A stretch of DNA of 64,000 nucleotides from Eledone cirrhosa (GCA_964016885.1 OZ024742.1:152272001-152336000); one strand, 5' to 3'; positions 1 to 15,100 are shown, numbered from the stretch's first letter. Numbers and translations are program-made. The notes: generated by a model from the letters alone, not told the origin.

Positions 1-3000
1 ATATATCACTAGGTTGTGGTGGTTGTTGTTGTTATTTCTTTTATATATCACTAGGTTGTGGTGGTTGTTGTTGTTATTTCTGTTATATATCACTACTGTT
101 GTGGTGGTTGTTGTTGTTATTTCTGTTATATATCACTACTGTTGTGGTGGTTGTTGTTATTATTTCTGTTATATATCACTAGGTTGTGGTGGTTGTTGTT
201 GTTATTTCTGTCATATATCACTAGGTTGTGGTGGTTGTTGTTATTTCTGTTATATATCACTAGGTTGTGGTGGTTGTTGTTGTTATTTCTGTTATATATC
301 ACTACTGTTGTGGTGGCTGTTGTTGTTATTTCTGTTATATATCACTAGGTTGTGGTGGCTGTTGTTGTTATTTCTGTTATATATCACTTGGTTGTGGTGG
401 TTGTTGTTGTTGTTGCTACGTTGTGGTGGTTGTTGTTGTTGTTACTAGGTTGTGGTGGTTGTTGTTGTTACTTATGTTATATATCTCTAGGTTGTGGTGG
501 TTGTTGTTATTTCTGTTATATATAACTAGGTTGTGGTGGTTGTTGTTGTTATTTCTGTTATATATCACTAGGTTGTGGTGGTTGTTGTTGTTATTTCTGT
601 TATATATCACTAGGTTGTTTGTGGTTGTTGTTGTTATTTCTGTTATATATCACTAGGTTATGGTGGTTGTTGTTGTTATTTCTGTTATATAACACTTGGT
701 TGTGGTGGTTGTTATTGTTATTTATGTTATATATCACTAGGTTGTGGTGGCTGTTGTTATTTCTGTTATATATCACTAGGTTGTGGTGGTTGTTGTTGTT
801 ATTTCTGTTATATATCACTAGGTTGTGGTGGTTGTTGTTATTTCTGTTATATATCCCTAGGTTGTAGTGGTTGTTGTTGATATTTATGTTATATATCATT
901 AGATTGTGGTTGTTGTTGTTGATATTTCTGTTATATATCACTAGGTTGTGGTGGTTGTTGTTGTTATTTATGTTATATATCACTAGGTTCTGGTGGCTGT
1001 TGTTGTTATTTATGTTATACTTCACTAGGTTGTGGTGGTTGTTGTTGTTATTTATGTTATATATCATTAGGTTGTGGTGGCTGTTGTTGTTATTTCTGTT
1101 ATATATCACTAGGTTGTGGTGGTTGTTGTTGTTATTTCTGTTATATATCACTAGGTTGTGGTGGTTGTTGTTGTTATTTCTGTTATATATTACTAGTTTA
1201 TGGTGGTTGTTGTTGTTATTTCTGTTATATATCACTTGGTTGTGGTGGTTGTTGTTTTTATTTCTGTTATATATCACTAGGTTGTGGTGGTTGTTGTTGT
1301 TATTTCTGTTATATATCACTACTGTTGTGGTGGCTGTTGTTGTTATTTCTGTTATATATCACTATTTTTGTCGTGGCTGTTGTTGTTATTTCTGTTATAT
1401 ATCACTACTGTTGTGGTGGCTGTTGTTGTTATTTCTGTTATATATCACTACTGTTGTGGTGGCTGTTGTTGTTATTTCTATTATATATCACTAGGTTGTG
1501 GTGGCTGTTGTTGTTATTTCTGTTATATATCACTAGGTTGTGGTTGTTGTTGTTATTTCTGTTATATATCACTAGGTTGTGGTGGTTGTTGTTGTTATTT
1601 CTGTTATATATCTCTAGGTTGTGGTGGTTGTTGTTGTTATTTCTGTTATATATCACTAGGTTGTGGTGGTTGTTATTGTTATTTATGTTATATATCACTA
1701 GGTAGTAGTGGCTGTTGTTATTTCTGTTATATATCACTAGGTTGTGGTGGTTGTTGTTGTTATTTCTGTTATATATCACTAGGTTGTGGTGGTTGTTGTT
1801 ATTTCTGTTATATATCACTAGGTTGTTGTGGTTGTTGTTGATATTTATGTCATATATCACTAGATTGTGGTTGTTGTTGTTGATATTTCTGTTATATATC
1901 ACTAGGTTGTGGTGGTTGTTGTTATTATTTCTGTTATATATCACTAGGTTGTGGTGGCTGTTGTTGTTATTTATGTTATATATCACTAGGTTGTGGTGGT
2001 TGTTGTTGTTATTTCAGTTATATATCTCTAGGTTGAGGTGGCTGTTGTTGTTATTTCTGTCATATATAACTATGTTGTGGTAGCTGTTGTTGTTATTTCT
2101 GTTATATAACACTAGGTTGTGGTTGTTGTTGTTATTTCTCTTATATATCACTAGGTTGTGGTGGTTGTTGTTGTTACTTATGTTATATATCTCTAGGTTG
2201 TGGTGGTTGTTGTTGTTATTTCTGTTATATATCACTAGGCTGTGGTGGATGTATTTGTTATTTCTGTTATATATCACTAGGTTGTGGTGGTTGTTGTTGT
2301 TATTGCTGTTATATATCACTAGGTTGTGGTGGATGTATTTATTATTTCTGTTATATATCACTAGGTTGTGGTGGCTGTTGTTGTTATTTCTGTTATATAT
2401 CACTAGATTGTGGTGGTTGTTGTTGTTACTTATGTTATATATCTCCAGGTTGTGGTGGTTGTTGTTGTTATTTCTGTTATATATCACTAGGTTGTGGTGG
2501 ATGTATTTGTTATTTCTTTTATATATCACTAGGTTGTGGTGGTTGTTGTTGTTATTTCTGTTATATATCACTACTGTTGTGGTGGTTGTTGTTGTTATTT
2601 CTGTTATATATCACTTGGTTGTGGTGGTTGTTGTAGTTGTTCCTAAGTTGTGGTGGTTGTTGTTGTTGTTGTTACTAGGTTGTGGTGGTTGTTGTTGTTA
2701 CTTATGTTATATATCTCTAGGTTGTGGTGGTTGTTGTTGTTATTTCTGTTATATATCACTAGGTTGTGGTGGTTGTTGTTATTTCTGTTATATATAACTA
2801 GGTTGTGGTGGTTGTTGTTGTTATTTCTGTTATATATCACTAGGTTGTGGTGGTTGTTGTTGTTATTTCTGTTATATATCACTAGGTTGTGGTGGTTGTT
2901 GTTTTTATTTCTGTTATATATCACTAGGTTGTGGTGGTTGTTGTTGTTATTTCTGTTATACATCACTAGGTTGTGGTGGTTGTTGTTGTTATTTCTGTTA

Positions 3001-6000
3001 TATATCACTAGGTTGTGGTGGTTGTTGTTGTTATTTCTGTTATATATCACTAGGTTATGGTGGTTGATGTTGTTATTTCTGTTATATATCACTTGGTTGT
3101 GGTGGTTGTTGTTTTTATTTCTGTTATATATCTCTAGGTTGTGGTGGCTGTTGTTGTTATTTCTGTTATATATAACTAGGTTGTGGTAGCTGTTGTTGTT
3201 ATTTCTGTTATATATCACTAGGTTGTGTTTGTTGTTGTTATTTCTGTTATATATCACTAGGTTGTGGTGGTTGTTGTTGTTACTTATGTTATATATCTCT
3301 AGGTTGTGGTTATTGTTGTTGTTATTTCTGTTATATATCACTAGGTTGTGGTGGATGTATTTGTTATTTCTGTTATATATCCCTAGGTTGTGGTGGTTGT
3401 TGTTCTTATTTCTGTTATATATCACTAGGTTGTGGTGGATGTATTTGTTATTTCTGTTATATATCACTAGGTTGTGGTGGCTGTTGTTGTTATTTCTCTT
3501 ATATATCACTAGGTTGTGGTGGTTGTTGTTGTTACTTATGTTATATATCTCTAGGTGGTGGTGGTTGTTGTTGTTATTTCTGTTATATATCACTAGGTTG
3601 TGGTGGATGTATTTGTTATTTCTGTTATATATCACTAGGTTGTGGTGGTTGTTGTTGTTATTTCTGTTATATATCACTAGGTTCTGGTGGCTGTTGTTGT
3701 TATTTATGTTATACTTCACTAGGTTGTGGTGGTTGTTGTTGTTATCTCTGTTATATATCATTAGGTTGTGGTGGCTGTTGTTGTTATTTCTGTTATATAT
3801 CACTAGGTTGTGGTGGTTGTTTGTTATTTCTGTTATATATCACTAGGTTGTGGTGGTTGTTGTTGTTATTTCTGTTATATATCACTAGGTTGTGTGGTTG
3901 TTGTTGTTATTTCTGTTATATATCACTAGGTTGTGGTGGTTGTTGTTGTTATTTCTGTTATATATCACTAGGTTGTGGTGGTTGTTGTTGTTATTTCTTT
4001 TATATATCACTAGGTTGTGGTGGTTGTTGTTGTTATTTCTGTTATATATCACTACTGTTGTGGTGGTTGTTGTTGTTATTTCTGTTATATATCACTACTG
4101 TTGTGGTGGTTGTTGTTATTATTTCTGTTATATATCACTAGGTTGTGGTGGTTGTTGTTGTTATTTCTGTCATATATCACTAGGTTGTGGTGGTTGTTGT
4201 TATTTCTGTTATATATCACTAGGTTGTGGTGGTTGTTGTTGTTATTTCTGTTATATATCACTACTGTTGTGGTGGCTGTTGTTGTTATTTCTGTTATATA
4301 TCACTAGGTTGTGGTGGCTGTTGTTGTTATTTCTGTTATATATCACTTGGTTGTGGTGGTTGTTGTTGTTGTTGCTACGTTGTGGTGGTTGTTGTTGTTG
4401 TTACTAGGTTGTGGTGGTTGTTGTTGTTACTTATGTTATATATCACTACGTTGTGGTGGATGTATTTGTTATTTCTGTTATATATCACTAGGTTGTGGTG
4501 GTTGTTGTTGTTATTTCTGTTATATATCACTACTGTTGTGGTGGTTGTTGTTGTTATCTCTGTCATATATCACTAGGTTGTGGTGGCTGTTGTTGTTATT
4601 TCTGTTATATATCACTTGGTTGTGGTGGTTGTTGTTGTTGTTGCTACGTTGTGGTGGTTGTTGTTGTTGTTACTAGGTTGTGGTGGTTGTTGTTGTTACT
4701 TATGTTATATATCTCTAGGTTGTGGTGGTTGTTGTTATTTCTGTTATATATAACTAGGTTGTGGTGGTTGTTGTTGTTATTTCTGTTATATATCACTAGG
4801 TTGTGGTGGTTGTTGTTGTTATTTCTGTTATATATCACTAGGTTGTTTGTGGTTGTTGTTGTTATTTCTGTTATATATCACTAGGTTATGGTGGTTGTTG
4901 TTGTTATTTCTGTTATATAACACTTGGTTGTGGTGGTTGTTATTGTTATTTATGTTATATATCACTAGGTTGTGGTGGCTGTTGTTATTTCTGTTATATA
5001 TCACTAGGTTGTGGTGGTTGTTGTTGTTATTTCTGTTATATATCACTAGGTTGTGGTTGTTGTTGTTGATATTTCTGTTATATATCACTAGGTTGTGGTG
5101 GTTGTTGTTGTTATTTATGTTATATATCACTAGGTTCTGGTGGCTGTTGTTGTTATTTATGTTATACTTCACTAGGTTGTGGTGGTTGTTGTTGTTATTT
5201 ATGTTATATATCATTAGGTTGTGGTGGCTGTTGTTGTTATTTCTGTTATATATCACTAGGTTGTGGTGGTTGTTGTTGTTATTTCTGTTATATATCACTA
5301 GGTTGTGGTGGTTGTTGTTGTTATTTCTGTTATATATTACTAGTTTATGGTGGTTGTTGTTGTTATTTCTGTTATATATCACTTGGTTGTGGTGGTTGTT
5401 GTTTTTATTTCTGTTATATATCACTAGGTTGTGGTGGTTGTTGTTGTTATTTCTGTTATATATCACTACTGTTGTGGTGGCTGTTGTTGTTATTTCTGTT
5501 ATATATCACTATTTTTGTCGTGGCTGTTGTTGTTATTTCTGTTATATATCACTACTGTTGTGGTGGCTGTTGTTGTTATTTCTGTTATATATCACTACTG
5601 TTGTGGTGGCTGTTGTTGTTATTTCTATTATATATCACTAGGTTGTGGTGGCTGTTGTTGTTATTTCTGTTATATATCACTAGGTTGTGGTTGTTGTTGT
5701 TATTTCTGTTATATATCACTAGGTTGTGGTGGTTGTTGTTGTTATTTCTGTTATATATCTCTAGGTTGTGGTGGTTGTTGTTGTTATTTCTGTTATATAT
5801 CACTAGGTTGTGGTGGTTGTTATTGTTATTTATGTTATATATCACTAGGTAGTAGTGGCTGTTGTTATTTCTGTTATATATCACTAGGTTGTGGTGGTTG
5901 TTGTTGTTATTTCTGTTATATATCACTAGGTTGTGGTGGTTGTTGTTATTTCTGTTATATATCACTAGGTTGTTGTGGTTGTTCTTGATATTTATGTCAT

Positions 6001-9000
6001 ATATCACTAGATTGTGGTTGTTGTTGTTGATATTTCTGTTATATATCACTAGGTTGTGGTGGTTGTTGTTATTATTTCTGTTATATATCACTAGGTTGTG
6101 GTGGCTGTTGTTGTTATTTATGTTATATATCACTAGGTTGTGGTGGTTGTTGTTGTTATTTCAGTTATATATCTCTAGGTTGAGGTGGCTGTTGTTGTTA
6201 TTTCTGTCATATATAACTATGTTGTGGTAGCTGTTGTTGTTATTTCTGTTATATAACACTAGGTTGTGGTTGTTGTTGTTATTTCTCTTATATATCACTA
6301 GGTTGTGGTGGTTGTTGTTGTTACTTATGTTATATATCTCTAGGTTGTGGTGGTTGTTGTTGTTATTTCTGTTATATATCACTAGGCTGTGGTGGATGTA
6401 TTTGTTATTTCTGTTATATATCACTAGGTTGTGGTGGTTGTTGTTGTTATTGCTGTTATATATCACTAGGTTGTGGTGGATGTATTTATTATTTCTGTTA
6501 TATATCACTAGGTTGTGGTGGCTGTTGTTGTTATTTCTGTTATATATCACTAGATTGTGGTGGTTGTTGTTGTTACTTATGTTATATATCTCCAGGTTGT
6601 GGTGGTTGTTGTTGTTATTTCTGTTATATATCACTAGGTTGTGGTGGATGTATTTGTTATTTCTTTTATATATCACTAGGTTGTGGTGGTTGTTGTTGTT
6701 ATTTCTGTTATATACCACTACTGTTGTGGTGGTTGTTGTTGTTATTTCTGTCATATATCACTAGCTTGTGGTGGCTGTTGTTGTTATTTCTGTTATATAT
6801 CACTAGGTTGTGGTGGTTGTTGTTATTTCTGTTATATATCACTAGGTTGTGGTGGTTGTTGTTGTTATTTCTGTTATATATCACTAGGTTGTGTGGTTTT
6901 TGTTGTTATTTCTGTTATATATCACTAGGTTGTGGTGGTTGTTGTTGTTATTTCTGTTATATATCACTAGGTTGTGGTGGTTGTTGTTGTTATTTCTGTT
7001 ATATATCACTAGGTTGTGGTGGTTGTTGTTGTTATTTCTGTTATATATCACTACTGTTGAGGTGGTTGTTGTTGTTATTTCTGTTATATATCACTACTGT
7101 TGTGGTGGCTGTTGTTGTTATTTCTGTTATATATCACTAGGTTGTGGTGGCTGTTGTTGTTATTTCTGTTATATATCACTTGGTCGTGGTGGTTATTGTT
7201 GTTGCTAAGTTGTGGTGGTTGTTGTTGTTGTTACTTGGTTGTGGTGGTTGTTGTTGTTACTTATGTTATATATCTCTAGGTTGTGGTGGTTGTTGTTGTT
7301 ATTTCTGTTATATATCACTAGGTTGTGGTGGATGTATTTGTTATTTCTGTTATATATCACTAGGTTGTGGTGGTTGTTGTTGTTATTTCTGTTATATATC
7401 ACTAGGTTGTGTGGTTGTTGTTGTTATTTCTGTTATATATCACTAGGTTGTGGTGGTTGTTGTTGTTATTTCTGTTATATATCACTAGGTTGTGGTGGTT
7501 GTTGTTGTTATTTCTTTTATATATCACTAGGTTGTGGTGGTTGTTGTTGTTATTTCTGTTATATATCACTACTGTTGTGATGGTTGTTGTTATTTCTGTT
7601 ATATATCACTAGGTTGTGGTGGTTGTTGATGTTATTTCTGTTATATATCACTACTGTTGTGGTGGCTGTTGTTGTTATTTCTGTTATATATCACTAGGTT
7701 GTGGTGGCTGTTGTTGTTATTTCTGTTATATATCACTTGGTTGTGGTGGTTGTTGTTTTTATTTCTGTTATATATCACTAGGTTGTGGTGGTTGTTGTTT
7801 TTATTTCTGTTATATATCACTAGTTGTGGTGGTTGTAGTTGTTATTTCTGTTATATATCACTACTGTTGTGGTGGCTGTTGTTGTTATTTCTGTTATATA
7901 TCACTATTTTTGTCGTGGCTGTTGTTGTTATTTCTGTTATATATCACTACTGTTGTGGTGGCTGTTGTTGTTATTTCTGTTATATATCACTACTGTTGTG
8001 GTGGCTGTTGTTGTTATTTCTATTATATATCACTAGGTTGTGGTGGCTGTTTTTGTTATTTCTGTTATATATCACTAGGTTGGGGTTGTTGTTGTTATTT
8101 CTGTTATATATCACTAGGTTGTGGTGGTTGTTGTTGTTATTTCTGTTATATATCTCTAGGTTGTGGTGGTTGTTGTTGTTATTTCTGTTATATATCACTA
8201 GGTTGTGGTGGTTGTTATTGTTATTTATGTCATATATCACTAGGTAGTGGTGGCTGTTGTTATTTCTGTTATATATCACTAGGTTGTGGTGGTTGTTGTT
8301 GTTATTTCTGTTATATATCACTAGGTTGTGGTGGCTGTTTTTGTTATTTCTGTTATATATCACTAGGTTGTGGTTGTTGTTGTTATTTCTGTTATATATC
8401 ACTAGGTTGTGGTGGTTGTTGTTGTTATTTCTGTTATATATCTCTAGGTTGTGGTGGTTGTTGTTGTTATTTCTGTTATATATCACTAGGTTGTGGTGGT
8501 TGTTATTGTTATTTATGTCATATATCACTAGGTAGTGGTGGCTGTTGTTATTTCTGTTATATATCACTAGGTTGTGGTGGTTGTTGTTGTTATTTCTGTT
8601 ATATATCACTAGGTTGTGGTGCTTGTTGTTGTTATTTCTGTTATATATCACTACTGTTGTGATGGTTGTTGTTATTTCTGTTATATATCACTAGGTTGTG
8701 GTGGTTGTTGATGTTATTTCTGTTATATATCACTACTGTTGTGGTGGTTGTTGTTGTTATTTCTGTTATATATCACTAGGTTGTGGTGGCTGTTGTTGTT
8801 ATTTCTGTTATATATCACTTGGTTGTGGTGGTTGTTGTTTTTATTTCTGTTATATATCACTAGGTTGTGGTGGTTGTTGTTTTTATTTCTGTTATATATC
8901 TCTAGGTTGTGGTGGCTGTTGTTGTTATTTCTGTTATGTATAACTAGTTTGTGTTAGCTGTTGTTGTTATTTCTGTTATATATCACTAGGTTGTGGTTGT

Positions 9001-9327
9001 TGTTGTTATTTCTGTTATATATCACTAGGTTGTGGTGGTTGTTGTTGTTACTTATGTTATATATCTCTAGGTTGTGGTGTTTGTTGTTGTTATTTCTGTT
9101 ATATATCACTAGATTGTGGTGGATGTATTTGTTATTTCTGTTATATATCACTAGGTTTTGGTGGTTGGTGTTGTTATTTCTGTTATATATCACTAGGTTG
9201 TGGTGGATGTATTTGTTATTTCTGTTATATATCACTAGGTTGTGGTGACTGTTGTTGTTATTTCTGTTATATATCACTACTGTTGTGGTGGTTGTTGTTG
9301 TTATTTCTGTTATATATCACTAGGTTG
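1..9327. repeat. 42-bp GT-rich tandem satellite (GTTGTGGTGGTTGTTGTTGTTATTTCTGTTATATATCACTAG) with a ~4.1-kb higher-order duplication
   Basis: Unit repeated continuously with 39/41/42-bp variants. Rare variants recur at offsets of 3959-4228 bp (e.g. GGTAGTAGTGGCTG at ~1701 and ~5848). Confidence 0.97.
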
Positions 9328-9709
9328 ATGTGTATCTATACGTTACTGTGGTCGTTATGGTCGATGCGTGTCTCTACGTCCGTCTTGTTTCAGCAAATAT
9401 ATCACCGAATGCATTATTTCCAAGAGTATCTCCTATTATTACTCAAATCTAGTGTATCTATAATCAAATATGGCTCGGAAAATCTGAAATCTGTTGGATA
9501 GTCTTCTTTAATTTTTATAATTATATTCAGGTATTTATACATCGTTCTTCTCAGTCACAATGCTATTAGTAGTAGGTATTTTGGTGCAACAAAGTATCAT
9601 CGTTGGCTAACAGAATATCAGAAATATCAGACAAAATTCACTTTCTCTACTTCGACTTCAAATCAGAAATATAGAAAGATACATGAATTTAGACTATGGA
9701 ATAAACGGT

Positions 9710-9764
<55 letters not shown>

Positions 9765-9850
9765 GTAGGTCCCGGGTTGAGTCGGGGATAACCACAGTGA
9801 GTAAGGTACTCAATACATGGCAGAGTAAAATTATTTTATTTTATAGAAGG

Positions 9851-9901
9851 AGCTTCTACAGGACTAGTACTGTTTCATTCAGATGAAATCTTCAGGAAGC
9901 T
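9851..9901 (-). ncRNA. Type I hammerhead ribozyme, family A (inverted copy)
   Basis: Reverse complement of 15050-15100. Confidence 0.85.
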
Positions 9902-10410
9902 GGGTGTCATATTAAGTTCTGGTATTTATACATTTAGGTAGTGGTAAGGGAGGGGTGGTGGAAGGGGTTGGGTGTTGGGGTTGGGGTGGGATGGTATTTA
10001 GATACACAGGACCACTTCATGGCACAGGCCGTTTTTTCTTTGGGGAGTGGTCAATTAGCCAGAGTGCTTTTTTGAAATAAATAAATAAGTAAATAAATAA
10101 ATAAATGAATAAATAGATAAAAGAATAAATAAATAAAATAAGTAAAAAAATAAATAAAAATAAATAAATAAATAAATAAATAAAAACCTCAAGAATAGTA
10201 ATTCAACAGATATATAGTAGGGAAATTTAGGTGGGTTGGTAATAGAAATTAAACATTTAACAAGACCGAATCATGGCACAGACTGGGGTGAGTGGTCAAG
10301 TTAACATACAAGGCACAGGTGGCCAGAGTGTTTTTGTAGGATGGAAAGAATAAAATATATTTCCATACTCACAACCACATACAACAACACTTACACACAC
10401 ATATATACCT

Positions 10411-10469
<59 letters not shown>

Positions 10470-10514
10470 CAAACCTACACATTCACACACGTATACATAC
10501 ACATACATATACAC

Positions 10515-10557
<43 letters not shown>

Positions 10558-10933
10558 TATATGTGTGCGTATACTCATACACACACACACACACATACAT
10601 ACACACACACACACATACATACATACACATATATACATATATACACAACAAAACACAAACACACAAATATACACACGCCCACGCATACACATACACACAT
10701 ATATATCTACACATACACACGTGCGCATACACATACATATATATATATATACATATATATGTATACACACCCACATGTACGTATAACTCTCTCGTGTAAA
10801 CTATACTATACATACACATACATATATATTCACACACATACATACACATACATACACACACACACACAAACACATACATTCACACATATATATACATATA
10901 TACACATACACACACACATACATATAAAATCTC

Positions 10934-10966
<33 letters not shown>

Positions 10967-10997
10967 AAGAATCAAAGAACTGTTCAAAACATTATTG

Positions 10998-11044
10998 TGC
11001 TTACAGCTGTTTCCTCCAAACCGAGGTTTGGATTCTTCGGAGCA
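10998..11044 (-). ncRNA. Type I hammerhead ribozyme, family B (CCGAAGA core)
   Basis: Reverse complement of 11744-11790. Confidence 0.75.
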
Positions 11045-11743
11045 AGTTATTAATGAATGGACAGTTATATGACCTCCTTTTCAACCAAGAGACATACCGA
11101 TACATATGCAAATATTGTGGGTCAACATTCATTACAGCATTTACAGTGGCAGTACACACTTCGAGATTACATTCATAATAAAAGGTACAATCAAAAATCA
11201 AAAATACAGGTTAAAATACAACATGGAGATAAGCGCTTATATAGTGCAAATGTTATATGTGTGGCAAGCACGTGCGTCTTGTTTATATAGTGTGGCAGAG
11301 AGATATGTGTGGTAGGAGCACTTAGGTAGGTAAAGAAGAGTGTTAGGTTAGTTGATCTGGTGGGAAAATCTTTATATGATTATTATAGTCTGTGTGTGAC
11401 TATAACAATCATATAAAGAATTTCCCACCAGATCAACTAACCTAACACTCTTCTTTACCTACCTAAGTGCTCCTACCACACATATCTCTCTGCCACACTA
11501 TATAAACAAGACGCACGTGCTTGCCACACATATAACATTTGCACTATATAAGCGCTTATCTCCATGTTGTATTTTAACCTGTATTTTTGATTTTTGATTG
11601 TACCTTTTATTATGAATGTAATCTCGAAGTGTGTACTGCCACTGTAAATGCTGTAATGAATGTTGACCCACAATATTTGCATATGTATCGGTATGTCTCT
11701 TGGCTGAAAAGGAGGTCATATAACTGTCCATTCATTAATAAAT

Positions 11744-11790
11744 TGCTCCGAAGAATCCAAACCTCGGTTTGGAGGAAACAGCTGTAAGCA
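11744..11790 (+). ncRNA. Type I hammerhead ribozyme, family B (CCGAAGA core)
   Basis: TGCT-CCGAAGA-aTCCAAACC tc GGTTTGGAg-GAAA-CAGCTG-TA-AGCA; stems I, II and III all pair. Confidence 0.78.
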
Positions 11791-11994
11791 CAATAATGTT
11801 TTGAACAGTTCTTTGATTCTTATATTTCATATAACTGCTCTGTAAATCATCTGATGCTTTTACATTGAGCTACTTAACTTACTGGTAATAAGCTAGTAAT
11901 ACATTACTGCCTACCACTATTTAAGGTTTGTATAAAAAATACATATAACTGCTAAAGGTTTTTGTATTTTCATAACCATAAATAGTACAATTAA

Positions 11995-12055
<61 letters not shown>

Positions 12056-12174
12056 CATACACACATATATATATATATATGTGTGTATGGGTATATATAT
12101 ATATATATATATGTATACACATATATATATATATATATACACATACATATCTCTATATATAAATAGACGTTAAT

Positions 12175-13058
12175 TCTAACCACCCCAAAAATATATTAGA
12201 CAACCTAGTAAAAAGTGTCTCCATTAGAATATCTAGCCTCGCCGCCAATGAAGATATCTTTAGAGCAGCAGCCCCCTATTACAACGAGGCCTTGGCCCGC
12301 AGCGGCTTTAGAGATAAGATCACCTACCTTACTATAGCCCCACGCCCACCCAGGAAGAATAGGCGAAGGCACATTAGCTGGTACACCCCCCCCCCTTCAA
12401 CCGAGAAATTTCAACACCTGTAGCTAAAATTTTCTTCACTCTCTTACAAAAACACTTCCCCACCCAACATAGGTACTATACTATCCTTAATAAGAATACC
12501 ATTAGACTCTCTTACTCTACCACACCTAATCTAGCTAGAAACTTAGCCAACAACAACATCAAGAAGCTAAATAAGTCTACTTTTTCCGAAGCCCATCCAG
12601 CAACCAATAGCAACTGCAATTGCCCTGATAAGACGACCTGCCCTCTCAACAACAACTGTCTAAAAAAAGATCTCGTGTATATATGCGATGTACTCTCAGG
12701 CCCCGATGAAAAAAGAAACTCGTACATCGGGATGACTTCTAATAGTTTCAAGACTCGCTGGTACGCCCACACACATTCGTTCCGGCGCCCAGACAAATCT
12801 AACCAAACTACACTCGCCGCCCACATCTGGCACCTAAAAAGGAACTCTATCGCCTTCAAGACCCATTGGAGACTACTGCAGAGAGCGCGATCATACACGG
12901 GAGGCCATAATTGCTGTGACCTCTGTATCTCCGAGAGCTATGAGATTCTATTCGCCAAGGGCCCTCTCCTCAACAAGATCTCGGAACACTCCCCTAATTG
13001 CATGCACAAGAACTATGCAAATTACAAAAACTACAGGCCCCCCCGGCCTCCCGACTGA
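12175..13058 (+). pseudogene. PLE RT thumb, Cys-rich linker and GIY-YIG endonuclease (5'-truncated, one frameshift)
   Basis: [11 protein letters not shown]...SWYTPP/fs/...CNCPDKTTCPLNNNC...LVYICDV...SYIGMTSNSFKTRWYAH...CDLCISE. Confidence 0.9.
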
Positions 13059-14070
13059 CCCCCCCATATCACCCCCACCCCACCCCCGCCCCCCATCCCA
13101 TTTCCGTCCCTCCATCTCTCATTATTACCCTCTTTCCTCCCCTCTATCTCTCATTATTACCTTCTTTCCTCCCCTCCAGGTCTTATATATTGTGTTGTAT
13201 GCCTCTGAGTAAAGTTCCGTGGCCGCACACACAAATTCACGTATATACCTGCTCATGTTTGCATACGTGCAGTTATGAACTGCTGCACGCACACGTTCAT
13301 GATTTATTTATCTATTTAACTGTATATTTATTTATTTATTTATTTATTTATTTAGTTACTTTATTTACTTATTTATTTATTTATCCATTTATTTATTTAC
13401 TTGTTTATTTATTTACTGGTTTATTTGTTTATCTATTTGTTTGTTTGTTTGTTTGTTGGTTAACTCATTCATTTATTTATTAATTTATGAGTGAATGATT
13501 AGGTAATGAATAGATAAGGGATAAAAGATAGGTAACGAATAGTGAATGGTAAATAGTAAGTAATAAATAATAAATAGTAATTAATTACTTGATGATAATA
13601 TTAATAACTTAATAGTGACATTAATTATTTTATCCTCTATCAGGCCCAGTTTAAAATTTAAAATTTAAAATTTAAAATTAAAATTTGTCCCACTACCTTT
13701 ATACTATAGACACATGTATGAGTGCGAACGAGTGCGTGTTTGTGCATATGCGTTTATGTGTACTTATTTGTATGTATGAATGTGTATGTATGCGTGTTTG
13801 CTTGTAAATGAGTATGTGTGCATATGTATATATATATAGATATGTATGTGTATATATATATATTTGTGTATATATATATATATATATATATGTATGGGTA
13901 TATATATATATATATGTATATATGAGATTTTATATGTATGTGTGTGTGTATGTGTATATATGTATATATATGTGTGAATGTGTGTGTATGTATGTGTATG
14001 TATGTGTGTGAATATGTATGTATGTGTATGTATAGTATAGTTTACACGAGAGAGATATACGTACATGTAG

Positions 14071-14136
<66 letters not shown>

Positions 14137-14415
14137 ATACATATATAAGTATATATATATATATATGTATGTGTATGCGCACGTGTGTATGTGTATATAT
14201 ATATGTGTGTGTATGTGTATGCGTGTGTGTGTATATATTTGTGTGTTTGTGTTTTTCTTGTGTATATATGTATATATGTGTATGTATGTATGTGTGTGTG
14301 TGTATATGTATGTGTGTGTGTGTATGAGTATACGCACACATATGTGTGTGTGTGTATATATATATATATGTGTGTATATGTATGTGTATGTATACGTGTG
14401 TGAATGTGTAGGTGT

Positions 14416-14506
<91 letters not shown>

Positions 14507-14784
14507 AATGTATGTATAGGTATATATGTGTGAGTAAGTGTTTAAATATGTGTGTGTATATATATATGTGTGTAAGTGTTGTTGTATGTGGTTGTGAGTA
14601 TGTAAATATATTTTATTCTTTCCATCCTACAAAAACACTCTGGCCACCTTTGGCTTGTATGTTTACTTGACCACTCACCCCAGTCTGTGCCATGATTCGG
14701 TCTTGTTAAATGTTTAATTTCTATTACCAACCCACCTAAATTTCCCTACTATAATTCTGTTGAATTACTATTCTTGGGGTTTTT

Positions 14785-14815
<31 letters not shown>

Positions 14816-15049
14816 TTTATTTTTTTACTTATTTTATTTATTTATTCTTTTATCTATTTATTCATTTATTTATTTATTTACTTATTTATTTATTTCAAAA
14901 AAGCACTCTGGCTAATTGACCGCTCCCCAAAGAAAAAACGGCCTGTGCCATGAAGTGGTCCTGTGTATCTAAATACCATCCCACCCCTTCCACCACCCCT
15001 CCCTTACCACTACCTAAATGTATAAATACCAGAACTTAATATGACACCC

Positions 15050-15100
15050 AGCTTCCTGAAGATTTCATCTGAATGAAACAGTACTAGTCCTGTAGAAGCT
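15050..15100 (+). ncRNA. Type I hammerhead ribozyme, family A
   Basis: AGCTTC-CTGAAGA-tTTCA tc TGAAt-GAAA-CAG tactagtc CTG-TA-GAAGCT; predicted cleavage after GUA (15094). Confidence 0.87.

Larger units (their letters stand above)
10958..12000. mobile_element. ORF-less palindromic PLE-end insertion (family B), nested in a TA tract of family A
   Basis: Arms 10958-11385 and 11405-11830 are near-perfect inverted repeats. Extra tail 11831-12000. HHR in each arm. Confidence 0.8.

Noticed and set aside
14-9277. Long Leu/Trp-, Cys- or Asn-rich ORFs
   Set aside because: Translations of the 42-bp satellite; frames break wherever unit length varies.
1-9327. CRISPR array or telomeric repeat
   Set aside because: No unique spacers and no cas genes; not a TTAGGG-type repeat.
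10296-14670. YI/HT/CV-repeat ORFs (also throughout the window)
   Set aside because: Translations of (TA)n and (CA)n microsatellites.
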